A stretch of DNA of 64,000 bases. It comes from Eledone cirrhosa (taxonomy: Eukaryota). Of the stretch, positions 29,855 through 42,713 are shown piece after piece. A program made the translations under genes and the position numbers. The stretch lies in NCBI GenBank assembly GCA_964016885.1, contig OZ024744.1:114080001-114144000 (forward strand). The letters are read 5' to 3'. Under the pieces are notes generated by a model. The model worked only from the letters and a program-made list of their open reading frames with translations, made no database searches and was not told the origin of the DNA. How positions within the stretch are numbered: position 1 is the stretch's first letter; each line of letters opens with the position of its first letter.

Positions 29855-29899
29855 GGAAAATAGATGTTAAACTATAGTATTGAAATTGTTGTAACCAGA

Positions 29900-30180
29900 G
29901 GAAATGCAGGGTAGATGTTCAGGTAGCTGTTACCTTTGCTGGCAACAAAGGCTTTCTGTATCAAGGTTTAAGGGCAGATTATATAATGTTTGTATTTATG
30001 CTACATGGTAATGAGATGTGGGCCTTGAGTGCAGAAGATCTGTTGTGGCTAAAGAGAAATGAGGCAAACTTTTTATGCTGGATGTATAATATTGGTGTAA
30101 TAGAGAGAGAACACAAATTGAATGTAGTTTCGTATGTAAGATAGTTTATATATAGAAGACTGTATTGTGAGCGTATAGGC
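29900..30180 (+). mobile_element. Decayed RTE-type LINE fragment
   Basis: Resembles the RTE segments at 55900-56180 (minus) and 56545-56750 (plus), e.g. GCTACATGGTAATGAGATGTGGGCC. Confidence 0.6.
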
Positions 30181-30198
30181 TAGTATCTATCTATATAC

Positions 30199-31179
30199 AC
30201 CGAGTGTGCCCAGGCACTCACGGCTCTCTGGCAGGCGGACCCGGCTGTCAGTGGAGAATCCACCTCGTCATTCTATAGAGGGCTGGTGGTTAGCAGGTGC
30301 GACGACGCCCTCGGAGAAGCCCTAGGCATGGAGGAAAACAAACTAGCCAACCTGTTCGGTAGGACATTCAGCCCGGGACCTATGGATAACTTCCAGAGGT
30401 CCCTGGCCTGGCAGTGCTACCGAGGGGCTCTGCCTATTCGAGAAAGGCTCTACAGACACGGGCGCCCGGGTAGGGACCCCTTGAAAAAAATCTGTCCCAG
30501 ATGCGTGTGCGACGAGGAAACCGTTGCACACGCATTGGTACACTGCTCGGGCATTGCCAATCCGTGGGTCTATGTAGAACAACTGCTGTCAAGTGTCGGA
30601 CCGATCCGGTTGACCACCGAGTCTATTGTAACGATCAAGCCGCCTCCCCTCTTCAAAAACGAAGAAGAGGCGGTGTTTCTGTGCGTAATAGCCATGGCGA
30701 AAGAGGTTGTATGGTGGACAGGTCTGAAAGGACTGAGGTCAGACACCTTTCTCTCTGGCCAACAACTGGTCCGTTTCTTCCGATATCATTTCGGAAGAAG
30801 GATCAGGATGGAGAGAGAGGTGTTGCACCCCAGCCGTTTCTATGAAAGATGGGTGAAAAGTGGCGAGAATGGCCTGTGTGAATGGGCCTTCACTCTACAT
30901 CAGACTGTAGGTGAGGAAGATGAAAGATCAAGGGAGCACCCTCTCTCTGTGCTCCTGAGGAGAAAGGTTGGATACTTTTTTCGGGGGTGTGTGCGACACC
31001 CCAAGGCGCCTCCTCCCTATTGAGGATTTTGTTATTCAATTTATTTTTGTTATATTTTATATTTTATATTTTTATATTTTGTTATTGCCTCCTCTTTATT
31101 GAGGACGCCTTTTTATGTAAACTTCCCCCATTGTACTTGTCCCACTCTTTGATGCCCTGGTGGCAAATAAAAAGAAAGT

Positions 31180-31200
<21 letters not shown>
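30199..31200 (+). mobile_element. 5'-truncated Tx1/L1-like LINE: ORF2 C-terminus (zinc-knuckle region), 3' UTR, AATAAA and (TATC)n tail
   Basis: ORF 30286-31023 contains CPRC..DEETVAHALVHC (zf-RVT-like) and is homologous to the minus-strand copy at 31250-32200. Confidence 0.9.
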
Positions 31201-31212
<12 letters not shown>

Positions 31213-31249
31213 CTATCTATATATATATATAGATATATATATATAGATA

Positions 31250-34200
31250 TGTTTCTTTATTAGCCACAGGGGCACAAATGAAGGGGACAAATACAAAGGG
31301 GGAAGTTTACATACAATAAAAACGTGTAAAATATTATCACACATGTAATTTTAAAATTAGTCGATTTTCCCCAATAGGTGGAGACATTTCATATGGGTAA
31401 CACATACCCCCGAAAAAAAATGTGCAACCCTCATCTCCAGGAGTATGAAGAGTTTGTACTCCTTTCCTACCCTCCTCTTTTTCCTCAACATACAGGCTGA
31501 TATAGAGAGAAGGCCCATTCACTCAGGCCATTCTCGCCACTTTCACCCACCTTTCATAAAACTTGCTGGGGTACAGCACCTCTCTCTCCATCCTGATTCT
31601 TCTTCCAAAGTGGTATTTGAAAAAAAGAATCAGTTGTTGGCCGGAGAGAAAGGTGTCTGACCTCAGCCCTTTCAACCTTGTCCACCATACAACCTCTTTC
31701 GCCATAGCTATCACACAAAGGAAAACCGCCTCTCCTTCATTTTTGAAGGAGGGTGGCGGTTTGATCATGACAATGGACTCGGTGGTCAACCGGATTGGTC
31801 CCACCTGCGACAATAGTCATTCTACATAGCCCCACAGGTCCGTGAAGCCCTGGCAGTGTATAAATGCGTGCACGACGGTTTCTTCGTCTCGCACGCACCT
31901 CGGACAGATCTTTTTTGCAGGGTGCCTGCCTGGGCGCCCATGTCTGTAGAGTTTGTCTCGAACTGGTAGAGCTCCTCGGTAGGACTGCCAGGCCAGGGAC
32001 TTTTGGAAGTTGTCCATTGGTCCCGAGCGGAAGGTCCTACCGAACAGACTGGCCAGTTCGTCTTCCTCTACGCCCAGAGTTTCACCAAGCATGTCGTCGC
32101 ACTTGCTGCGGATCAACCCTCTATAGAATGACGAAGTGGAGTCTCCACTGATCACCGGGTCCGCCTGCCAGAGGGCTGTGAGCGCCTGAGCACATTCAAT
32201 GTGCCAGTCGCCCATTTTCCTCGGACTTTGCTTGACCCAGGACTGCAGCTCGGTCAGCGAGACGAGTCGTGGGAAGGCTCACCTCACGAACGGGGCCCAC
32301 ACCGGTTGTCCGGTGAGGAATACGTAGAGATGCCGCAGCCTGAGTGCGTGTTTGCGCATCATCAGCCACGGCATCCCCAGCCCTCCGTTGGAAGGGTGTT
32401 GGCAGCAGATGGATCTTCTCACCAAAGGAGCCCACCTCTTCCAAAGGAATTGGAAGAGCGCGCACTCCATTTTGGCAAGCGTTTTGGCTGGACAAGGCAT
32501 GATGGTCAAGCGGTAATAGATGACGGATGCTATAAAAGCGTTTTCCACCTCCGCTCGACTTTCGAGGATAGTTTGCACTCGGCCCACTTCTGGGTGAGTG
32601 CAAACACCTGGCCGACACCTCATTCCAGTTCTTCTCCACCTGGAGGTCCGAACCAAACCAGACCCCGAGCAGCTTTACTGGTCCTTCCGTCCAGCATCCG
32701 GCAACGCCATCGGAAGGCATCGGTTTGCCTCTCCACGATCTGAGTTGCAAACCGATGGACTTGTCCCGGTTCAGCTTCGCTCCTGTAAACCTTTCGTATT
32801 CCTTCAGTAAGGTGCTGACTTCCTCGATTTGCGAGGCGCTTGACACCATTACTGTCACGTCGTTGGCGTAGGCCGACGCCGTTTTCCGCAGTCCCGGTTC
32901 CAGAGGGATGCCCTGCAATAGCTCCAACTTCCGCAGTAGTGGCTCGAGAGTCAGTACGTACAGAAGGGAGGAGAGAGGGCATCCCTGTCGAATGGATCGC
33001 GTGATATGGAACGGCTCTGAGAGGTAGCCGTTCACCTTAACCCTTGAGCAGATGTTGCTGTTATGCATTGCAGCAATCCAGCCCCTGAACACGGGTCCGA
33101 AGCCTGCCGCCTCGAGCACCGCATCCAGGTAACGATGGTCAACCCTATCGAAAGCCTTAGGCTGATCCAAGTTGATCAGGGCCCCACCGAAGCCGGGTTT
33201 ACACCCTACCCTCTCTATGATGTATCGCATGAGGTGGAGGTTGTCGTGTATGGACCTGGTCGGGATTGTGCATGTCTGCGCTTCTCCCACCAGGTTTTCG
33301 ACGACAAGCGCCAGCCTCTTTGCCAACACCTTGGCCAAAATCTGTAACTCTGTGTTTAGCAGAGTTATGGGCCGGAAGTTACCTATGTCATCCCCCTTAT
33401 TCTCGTCCTTCCTGACTAGTGTGACTACGCCCCCAGTCACAGAACTGGGAATTCTCCCGTTCTGTTGCCAGTTGCAGTAGACCGCTTCCAGGAGACCGGA
33501 GAATAAGTCCGGCATTGCTACGTAAAATTCGTAGGGTAGACCGTCGAGACCTGGAGATTTGTGTTTGCCGCATTGGCTCAGCGCGTCCCCAATCTCAGCG
33601 GCTGAAATCGGCTTTTCGCAGAACTTTGCCTCGCTGTCCGAGAGTCGCGGTAGGCCGTCGAGGTATGGACCGAAATCCATAGCCCCTCCCGGCGCGCCGC
33701 CCTGCCCGAACAGCTGAGCAAAGTGCCGCTGAAAGGCCGCACACATCTGCTTCGGCTCACGTATCACGCGTCCGTTTTGGTCCTTCAAAGACCGAATCGT
33801 GGACTTGTTACCACTTTTTGCCTCCGTCACTTGCTGCCCAGCTAACAGATTTGGCTCCCTCGTTTCCCAGAGCACGTATTTTGCTTCTGACAACGCAGCC
33901 CTCATGCTTTGCGTGGAAGAACTGGTCCAATGCCATTCTCGTTGCTAGCACGCTGGCTACGTTGCCACTTCTAATTGCCTCTTCTACTTTATCTACCAGT
34001 TCTTTCTCGGTTCTATTTCTCTCTAATGCTAATTCTTTACTAAAAACTAACGAGTCTAATCTAACTGCCCTCTTGAGAGAGTACCACGATCTGTTGTTGA
34101 CAATGGCCCCTGTCAAGTGCTGTTTAACTAAAGTGCTAATCCGTCTACTGTAGGCTTTGCATGTCGGTAACGACAAGTTCAGCTGCCTGTAGCGGGTCCT

Positions 34201-34532
34201 TGTCTATGGGTTCTATCAAGGTTGACCATGCAGGTCACTAGTTTGTGATCTGAATAGGCAACCATGAACATTTGTGGACAGCTTAACATGTCCCTATCCT
34301 TATTTCTAATTAGAACCCTATCTAGGTACGATCTAGATGTTCCGCTATGATTAGTCCACGTCCACAGTGGCACAGTCGGAAAATCTAGTCGATATCTATC
34401 AGCCGATTAACTGTTTGAGAATGTTACATCCCCCTTTATCGGGACATACTCCCACATAGTCCCAACGTGCATCTAGGATTCCATTCCAGTCCCCCACTAA
34501 AAGCAAGGAGCGGGACATTCCCAGAAAAGTCT
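31250..34532 (-). mobile_element. Tx1/L1-like non-LTR retrotransposon ORF2, 5'-truncated and frameshifted (endonuclease C-half, RT, zinc knuckle)
   Basis: Motifs LLVGDWN (~34480-34505), SYLDRVLI and YSDHK (APE). KSPGLDG, NFRPITLLN, KAFDRVDH, RQGCPLS and YAND (YADD mutated) in the RT. GGLG and CPRC..ETVVHAFIHC near the C-terminus. 3' AATAAA at about 31262. Confidence 0.95.
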
Positions 34533-34744
34533 CTAGACGTATATAGATAGATATATAGATAGATATGGTACCGCAGAGGCGGTACCATAGCCAATGAGGA
34601 TTATCCGAGGCGTGGTTATTGCTAGTTGAAAACTATATATATATATATATGCGTGTGTGTGTGTGTGTATTCTCTCTGTCACTATATATAAAGAGAGAGA
34701 GAGAGAGAGAGAGAGAAAAAGGACAGTGTGTGGTGTGTATATGA

Positions 34745-35460
34745 TAGTATTATTATCATCATCATCGTTTTTCCATGCTTGCATGGGTTGGACAGGTCCT
34801 ACTCAGCACAGCATCTCTCCACTTGTCGCGTTCCTTTGTCATCTTCTCTGCCTGTCTTAGCGATTTGAGATCTGCTCTCACCTCTTCCCAGGTCATTCTT
34901 TGTCTACGTTGACCGCGACTTACCTTCAGTGGCATTTCCTGGCATTTTTTCACCCAACAATAATTGTCCATGCATATTACATGTCCATACCAATGCAGTC
35001 TTCGCTCTTGCACACCATCTCAGCTTTTCTCTTAGCTCGTCCAAGCTCTGCCTTTCTCTCACATTTACATTGCACATCCAAGGAAACATGGTTGCTCCAT
35101 TTCTCTCCAGTCAACACATCTCCTCTCTGGTTACAGGGGAGATGTGTTGTACATAGGGAGAAATCATTTGTTGTCAACAGTGGGAGTAGGTCTCTAAACT
35201 TCTTCCATCTTATCCTTATTCTAGTTATTATGCTCTCAGAGCACCCTCCTCTGCTGCTAATTAGGTCACCTTGTTAACAGAAGCTATCAACCACTTCTAT
35301 AGATCGTTCCTGGGATGGGAACAGGTTTATATCATAAGCAGTCTTCCTCTCGATTACTCCTGTGCATCTTCTATATGCAAAGTCCTCCCTTCCTGTTAGT
35401 CTACTCGTTATCCCACTACATCTTTTGTGTACCCAAGAATTACATTGTGTACGTAGTATG
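34745..35460 (-). mobile_element. RTE-type LINE 3' fragment with (GAT)n-type tail
   Basis: ERRLHWYGHV and CNSWVHKRCSG motifs, and a 3' end CCCATGCAAGCATGGAAAAACGATGATGAT on the minus strand. Confidence 0.8.
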
Positions 35461-35519
35461 GAGTTTATGCCTAAGCATTCATTATCAAATCTTTTGTATA
35501 TAATTCCAATGACACTCAT

Positions 35520-36130
35520 CTTCTCAAGGAAGCTTGTGCAGTGCACTCTACATGTGAATGGAGTTCCACTGAAGCAGGTGTAGAATTTGAAGTATCTAAG
35601 AGCTGTATTCATGAGTAATGGAAAGCAGGAAGCTGAATTAAGTGCAAGAATTGCAAAAGCTGGTGCAGTAATGTGTCAGCTTCAGCATTCGGTAATCAGA
35701 AGAATGGAGGTAGGTGTAAAAGCTAAACTCGCTATCTTCAATTCAGCTTTTGTGCCAACCTTTATCTATGGTCATGAATCTTGGGTAATGACCGAAATAC
35801 GATCGCAAATGCAAGTGGCCAAAATAGGGTTCCTCTGAAGGATCTTTGGAGTAACATTACTTGATAAAGTACATAGCTTTGAGATCAGAGAGTCACTCCA
35901 AGTAGAGCTGCTACTTCTCCGAAATGAGAGATCACAGCTCTGATACTATGGACATGTGGTTAGAATGTCTCAGGAAAGAATCTCTGGACATATTTTACGG
36001 TCAAAACCAACTGGCAGAAGACTCAGGGGTAGACCCGTAGCAAGATGATTGGATGACATCTATGAGATTGGCTGGTCTTGCTTGGAGATTGTTGTTTCTG
36101 ACAGGACCCTCTGGAAGGAGAGTTTGAGGA
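35520..36130 (+). mobile_element. RTE-type LINE 3' fragment (a different family)
   Basis: KYL...PTFIYGHESW, YYGHVVRM and GRRLRGRP motifs, interrupted by stops. Confidence 0.8.
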
Positions 36131-36445
36131 CTTTGCCCTCTGTGATTCTCTCAGGAAGAAGGAGAAAAAGGAGAAGAAGAAGAAAGCAAAGAAGTAGAAG
36201 GAGAAGAAGACTGCCTTAGAATTAGTTTCTAAGCTTAAAGAAAATGACCATGGCATTCAGTTGTTTGTTGTCTGAGTTGGTGTTGTAGAAAAATATCTTT
36301 CATCAATTTATTACAAAGTTTATGGTCTCTTCATAGCTGTCTCAATCTGTGAGCAATTTGAATAATTCATGAGATACAACATTTAGGAAAATGCATCATC
36401 TGTAGTCATTAAGAATATGATCAAGAACATTTGTGCCTTCACATG

Positions 36446-36690
36446 AAGGTGAGTGGCTTAGTGGTTAGGGAATTGGATTTGTAATTGTGAGGTTATGAGT
36501 TCAATTCCTGGATCGGGTGATGCATTATGTCTGAGCAAAACACTTTATTTCACGTTGCTCTTTTGCCAAGTGTTGCAACTGGTAGATAGTATCAGCAATA
36601 GAAAGACCACTGGAAACATTGTTCCTTTGGTCCTATTGGATGAATTCCATCCCACTCGGTATCCAAATGAGGTCTGGAAACTTGTTAATT
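36446..36690 (+). mobile_element. Decayed tRNA-headed SINE (family A head)
   Basis: A-box TGGCTTAGTGG, B-box GAGTTCAATTCC, and TGAGCAAAACACTTTATTTCAC shared with the copies at 38290 and 45866. Confidence 0.75.
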
Positions 36691-37600
36691 GATTCCTCTC
36701 TCTCTCATTCTTTCTCTCCCTCTCCTTCTCTCTCTATATATATATGAATGTACATAATGTACATTTAATAATATACTGTATGTTTATTTTAAAACATTTT
36801 GAAGGCCATGCACTATGAATTTTAAGGTACTGACTAACGTCACATACCTATCTTCAACAAAAGCTAAGGGGAGTAATCAACGGTGACTGTTTCTTACTTG
36901 TAAGTGGTTGTCCAGACTACATACCTCTTCACTTTTGCCGAAAGCTATAGAAGTTGGATTCTTATAAAATCCCAGTTATGTTTATGGGCTGTTGAAACTT
37001 ATTTGCATACAGAACAGTTGCCAGCCTAGCATCAATTAGAAATTTGTATTGGTGCTCAGAAATAGCGATGTATATATGAATATACGTATTGTTTATTTAA
37101 TAATATACTGAACATATATATACATCGTTATATACATATATATACATCGTTATTTCAGAGCACCAATACAAATTTATATGTATATATATATATACATATG
37201 TAGTGAAAGAAATGTTTTCCCACTGTGTTTTCCCAAACGAATGACCTGCGATCTTGCAGGGAAGACAATAGATAAAATTCCCCTGATGGAAGGATTTACA
37301 GTGCCAGTTGTATGAATGAGAACATTTTCTAAGGCTATCTATCAGTAAAATAACTAGTGGTCATTACAAATCGGCTGTCGTATGGTGCTAACATCACTCA
37401 GTCCACTGCCTTTTCGCCTGTACAATACAGTTTGTCAATGTAACGGTTGATGGTTATGTCTGCTAGATTCACACTGCTCACTACAACTTCTCACCTTTCT
37501 TTTAAGGGAACATCTCATTGTAAATAAAAGATTTGTGCACGACACTGAAGCTTTACTCAACACTGTATTCATTTGTGTATTCTATAATCAAACATTATAT

Positions 37601-37787
37601 GGTGGATTGGCAGTATCGGTAGAGGGTCGGACGCCATGCTTTCCAGCATAGTTACGTCCCTTTACGATCTGAGTTCAAATCCCGCCGAGGTTGACTTTGC
37701 CTTTCATCCTTACGGGGTTGATAAAATAAAGTACCAGTAATGCACTGGGTAATTGCTGGCCTTGTGCCTAAAGTAGAAACAATTATA
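37601..37787 (+). mobile_element. tRNA-derived SINE family B
   Basis: B-box GAGTTCAAATCC and core GCCGAGGTTGACTTTGCCTTTCATCCTTACGGGG. Near-identical copy at 46696-46882. Confidence 0.9.
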
Positions 37788-37917
37788 TTTACAATTTGAA
37801 GTAATCATTTTTTCTTTTTGCTGAAGTGAAGTAAAGATATAAATTAAACCAGGATTGTTGGTATTTGTCGTGTTTGTCATTTCTTCCACAACAAATAAAC
37901 TTCACTTCATATATATA

Positions 37918-38235
37918 TATATATATATATATTTATTTATAAGAAAATGAGGGTTTTTTTAAAAAAGATGTCCCACACAGGTGAAAGTATAAAGAAAAGA
38001 AATTGAAAATGGAGGGTTTGTGTTTCTGGTGTGGTTTGTCTCTGTTTCTTGCAGAGACAAACCACACCAGAAACACAAACCATCTCAACTTTACTTTTGA
38101 AAATCATAAGAACTGTGAAACTGGTAAAGTAAATAAATAAATATTCTTAAAAGATTCCAGTTGCATTTTCAATTTCTTTTCTTTATATTTTCACCCATGT
38201 GGGACATCTTTTTTTTAAATCTCATTTTCTTATAT
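37918..38235. repeat. Foldback element with ~75-bp terminal inverted repeats, an internal 29-bp hairpin and a degenerate hammerhead
   Basis: ATAAGAAAATGAG...GATGTCCCAC at the left and GTGGGACATC...CTCATTTTCTTAT at the right. Internal hairpin GGTTTGTGTTTCTGGTGTGGTTTGTCTCTG / CAGAGACAAACCACACCAGAAACACAAACC. (TA)n flanks. Confidence 0.85.
38090..38133 (+). ncRNA. Degenerate type I hammerhead motif
   Basis: TTTACTT-TTGAAAA-tcataagaactgt-GAAA-CTGG-TA-AAGTAAA, followed by AATAAA. The core has two changes from CUGAAGA. Confidence 0.45.
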
Positions 38236-38241
38236 ATACAT

Positions 38242-38289
<48 letters not shown>

Positions 38290-38291
<2 letters not shown>

Positions 38292-38613
38292 TCACCATCA
38301 TCATTTTACGTCCACTTTTCCCTGCTTGCAAGGGTAGGACGGGAACTGATTCTGGCTTGATTTCTACAGCTGGATGCCCTTCCTAACACCAACCTCATTT
38401 ACAGTGAGTGCTGGGTGCTTTTTTGCCGTGGCACCTCCACGACCACTTTGCAGTGGAATGATATGGACCCCAGTCCCTATCATCTCATTTCTACAGCTGA
38501 GTTACCTGGAACAATGTGAAATAAAGTGTCTTGCTCAAGGAAACAACACATCACCCGGTCTGAGAATTGAACTCACAACCTTTCGATTGCAAGGCCAATG
38601 CTCTAACCGCTAA

Positions 38614-38618
<5 letters not shown>
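38290..38618 (-). mobile_element. tRNA-headed SINE family A with RTE-like (GAT)n tail
   Basis: Minus strand reads TGGCTTAGCGGTTAGAGC...GAGTTCAATTC...CCTTGAGCAAGACACTT...GGACGTAAAATGATGAT. Near-identical to 45866-46208. Confidence 0.9.
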
Positions 38619-38647
<29 letters not shown>

Positions 38648-38869
38648 CTATGGAGGCTGACATCAGTTGAGAAGGGTTGTGTTAAGTATTCCACAATGTA
38701 GAACTCTGCCAATATTAGATTTGTGAAATAAACTGCTGTAAAAAGTAACAAGAAGAATCTATATGAGAGTCTTTATTCAACAAATAATGATACAACTTGT
38801 AGGGAAAATATAGATTACATCAATTGGTAGAGATTGAAGAATGGCAATATTGATTACTGAATGTGGTAC

Positions 38870-39252
38870 CTAATAATATCATCAACACCATTATCATTAA
38901 CATCATTATCATCACTACCATCACCATCATCATCATATACCATCATCATCACAATCATCACAATCATCACCATCATCATCACCACCATCACCATCATCAT
39001 CACCATCACCATCACCATCATCATCACCATCATCATCATCATCACAATCATCACCATCATCATCACTATCATCACCATCATCATCATCATCATCACTACC
39101 ATCACCATCACCACCATCATCATCACAATCACCACTATCACCATCACTACCATCACCATCACCATCACCATCATCATCATCACCATCACCATTACCATCA
39201 CCAACACCATCACCATCACCAACACCATCACCATCATCATCACCATCACTAT
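38870..39252. repeat. (CAT/CAC)n trinucleotide microsatellite
   Basis: Read directly. It generates spurious poly-His, poly-Met and Ile/Thr ORFs. Confidence 0.98.
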
Positions 39253-39424
39253 ATCTAGCCTAATTTCCCGAAGTTTAAATGAGTTAAACAAGTCAGCCAA
39301 GAAGTAATCAGTTATTATTCAGTCATGGTTCAACTAAAATTACTGTAGCAATTAACAACATGGTTAATTAACTCACAGTAATTAAAATTATGTTAAATAA
39401 TTACTACCAAATGTGATATCAATG

Positions 39425-41935
39425 CTGGTCTGTCTGGTGTGTCTGATGTGCCTGGTCTGTCTGGTGTCTGATGTGTCTGGTGTGTCTGGTGATTCTTGTA
39501 TGTCTGGTCTGTCTGGTGTCTGGTGTGTCTGGTATATCTGGTGATTCTTGTATGTCTGGTCTGTCTGGTGTCTGATGTGTCTGGTATCTGATGTGCCTGG
39601 CGTGTCTGATGTGCCTGGTCTGTCTGGTGTCTGATGTGTCTGGTGTGTCTGGTGATTCTTGTATGTCTGGTCTGTCTGGTGTCTGATGTGTCTGGCATCT
39701 GGTCTGTCTGGTGTGTCTGATGTGCCTGGTCTGTCTGGTGTCTGATGTGTCTGGTGTGTCTGGTGATTCTTGTATGTCTGGTCTGTCTGGTGTCTGATGT
39801 GTCTGGTATCTGATGTGCCTGGTCTGTCTGGTGTCTGATGTGTCTGGCATCTGGTCTGTCTGGTCTGTCTGATGTGTCTGGTGTGTCTGATGTGTCTGGT
39901 CTGTCTGGTGTCTGATGTGTCTGGCATCTGGTCTGTCTGGTGTGTCTGATGTGCCTGGTCTGTCTGGTGTCTGATGTGTCTGGTGTGTCTGGTGATTCTT
40001 GTATGTCTGGTCTGTCTGGTATCTGATGTGCCTGGTCTGTCTGGTGTCTGATGTGTCTGGCATCTGGTCTGTCTGGTCTGTCTGATGTGTCTGGTGTGTC
40101 TGATGTGTCTGGTCTGTCTGGTGTCTGATGTGTCTGGTATCTGATGTGCCTGGCATGTCTGATGTGCCTGGTCTGTCTGGTGTGACTGGTGATTCTTGTA
40201 TGTCTGGTCTGTCTGGTGTCTGATGTGTCTGGTATCTGATGTGTCTGGCATGTCTGATGTGCCTGGTCTGTCTGGCATCTGGCATCTGGTCTGTCTGGTC
40301 TGTCTGATGTGTCTGGTGTGTCTGATGTGTCTGGTCTGTCTGATGTGTCTGGTGTGTCTGGTGTCGGATGTGTCTGGTGTCTGATGGGTCTGGTATGTCT
40401 GGTGATTCTTGTATGTCTGGTCTGTTTGGTGTCTGGTGTGTCTGGTGTCTGGTGTGTCTGGTGTCTGATGTGTCTGGTAAGTCTGGTGTGTCTGATCTGT
40501 CTGGTGTCTGATGTGTCTGGTGTCTGATGTGTCTGGTCTGTCTGGTGTCTGATGTGTCTGGTCTGTCTGGTGTCTGGTCTGTCTGGTGTCTGATGTGTCT
40601 GGTATGTCTGGTGATTTTTGTATGTCTGGTCTGTCTGGTGTGTCTTTGTATGTCTGGCTTGTCTGGTATATCTGGTCTGTCTGGTATGTCTGGTGTGCCT
40701 GGTGAGTCTTGTATATCTGGTATGTCCAGTATATCTGGTATGTCTGATGTGTCCAGTATATCTGGTATGTCAGGTGTCTGGTATGTCTTGTATGTCTTGT
40801 ATTGCATGTATATCTCGCAAGTCTGGTGTGTCTGTTATATCTGGTATGACTAGTGTGTCTGGTGCATCAGGTGTCTGGTATATCTGGTGTGTCTGGTCTG
40901 TCTGGTCTGTCTGGTCTGTCTGGTCTGTCTGGTCTGTCTGGTCTGTCTGGTATGTCTGGCGTGTCTGGTATGTCTGGCGTGTCAGGTGACTGGTGTGTCT
41001 GGTATGTTTGGTGCCTGGTATGTCTGGTATGTTTAGTGTGTGGTGTCTCTGGTATGTCTGGTATATCTGGTGTGTCTGGTGAGTCTGTTATATCTGGTAT
41101 GTCTGGTATGTCTTCTATATCTGGTATCTCATGTGTCTGGTATATCTGGTGTGTCTGGTATGCCTTGCAAGTCTGGTGTGTCTGTTATGTCTGGTGTGTC
41201 TGGTCTGGTAATACTGGTATGACTGATGTGTCTAGTTACTCTGGTGAATCTGGTGTGTCTTCTATGTCTGGTATATCTAGTATGTCTGGTGACTTGTATG
41301 TCTGGTATGTCTAGTATGTCTGGTATATCTGGTATGTCTGGTGTGTCTGTTATGTCTGGTGTGTAGGTATGTCTGGTATGTCTAGTGTGTCTGGTATGTC
41401 TGGTGTGTCCGATGCCTTATTTGTTCGGTATATCTGGTTTGTCTAGTATGTCTTGTACATCTGCTAAATCTGGTGTCTGGTATGACTTGTGTGTCTGGTA
41501 AGTCTGGTTTGTATGTTATGTCTGGTGTGTCCAGTAAGTCTGATTTGTTTGGTTTGTCTGGTGTGTCTGGTGTCTTATATGTCTGGTGTGTCTTCTATGT
41601 CTGGAGTATCTGGAGTGTGTGGTATATCTGGTATGTCTGGTTTGTCTGTTATGTCTGGTGTGTCTGGTATGTCTGGCATGTCTGGTGTCTGGTATATCTG
41701 GTATGTCTGGTGTGTCTGGTGTGTGTGGTATGATTGGTATATCTGGTGTGTCTTTTGTGTCTGTTATGTCTGGTATATCTGGTGCTAGTGATGTGTATGG
41801 TATTGGTGTGTCTAGTGTGTCTGGTATGTCTGGTGTCTTGTATATCTGGTGTGTCTGATGTATCTGGCGTTGGGCATGTCTACTATTTCTGGTGTGTCTT
41901 GTATATCTGGTACGTCTGGTGTGTCTGGTGTTTGT
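39425..41935. repeat. TCTGG/TCTGA-based low-complexity minisatellite (7-9-bp units)
   Basis: TGTCTGG(TG/TC/TA) units. The left part has recurring higher-order blocks containing GGTGATTCTTGTA; the right part is more decayed. Confidence 0.95.
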
Positions 41936-42332
41936 ATGAACATTGATTAGCCTTATTTCAATACTTTCAGCTGAACTGTGCTAATCCTTATATTCCAAAG
42001 TGTTATATTTACTGTCACATGTGGCCTCATAATGATGTATGCATGCAATATATTCCTGTATATAAACATGTATACACAAGGTGTACATCTCATGATAACT
42101 GACAATAAATGTAAAGAAAAAGAAGAGCAGAAAACTGTGTAAATTTCAACGTTATATCTTTAAATCTGTCAGTTGAAAATCTTCTACTGTAGAGATACAG
42201 AAATTTGAGCTGGTGTCTTTAACCCCTTCCTAATTATATTTCTAATGAACTACACTTTATTGCAATTAATTCAAGATGAATTTGAAAGGATCTACTAACA
42301 ACATTTGTTATTTTGTAACATGTGGTCAGTAT

Positions 42333-42713
42333 TTAACCCTTTAACATTTACATTACTCTATATTTACTATTATATTTATATTTTTTAAAAATCTTTACCT
42401 CACATAATTATTTCACATAATATCGAATCTATGAGATTTTGATATTATTTATTTAACCCTTTGGTATTTAAACCAGCCGTATCCAACCAGAACTCTCTCA
42501 CCTCTTTCTGTTCAGACCAGCTGTAACTGGCCGCTCATACTGATGTTAAGGTATTGTTTACAAAATAAATAACATCAAAATCTTACAGATTCGATATTAT
42601 GTGAGATAATTATGAGAGACTCAGCATTTACTGTGAAAATACAATAGTATATATATAGAGTAGTATAAATACAATAGTATATATATAGAGTAGTATAAAT
42701 GCTAAAGGGTTAA
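42333..42713. mobile_element. piggyBac-like non-autonomous element
   Basis: TTAA|CCCTTTAACATTTACATTACTCTATAT ... ATATAGAGTAGTATAAATGCTAAAGGG|TTAA gives terminal inverted repeats with a TTAA target duplication. Confidence 0.7.

Noticed and set aside
32196-33905. Active reverse transcriptase gene
   Set aside because: The catalytic YADD reads YAND, there are multiple frameshifts, and the element is 5'-truncated within the endonuclease.
38854-41946. Poly-His and HQT/PD-repeat ORFs up to 462 aa
   Set aside because: Translations of microsatellite and low-complexity DNA that is open in multiple frames.
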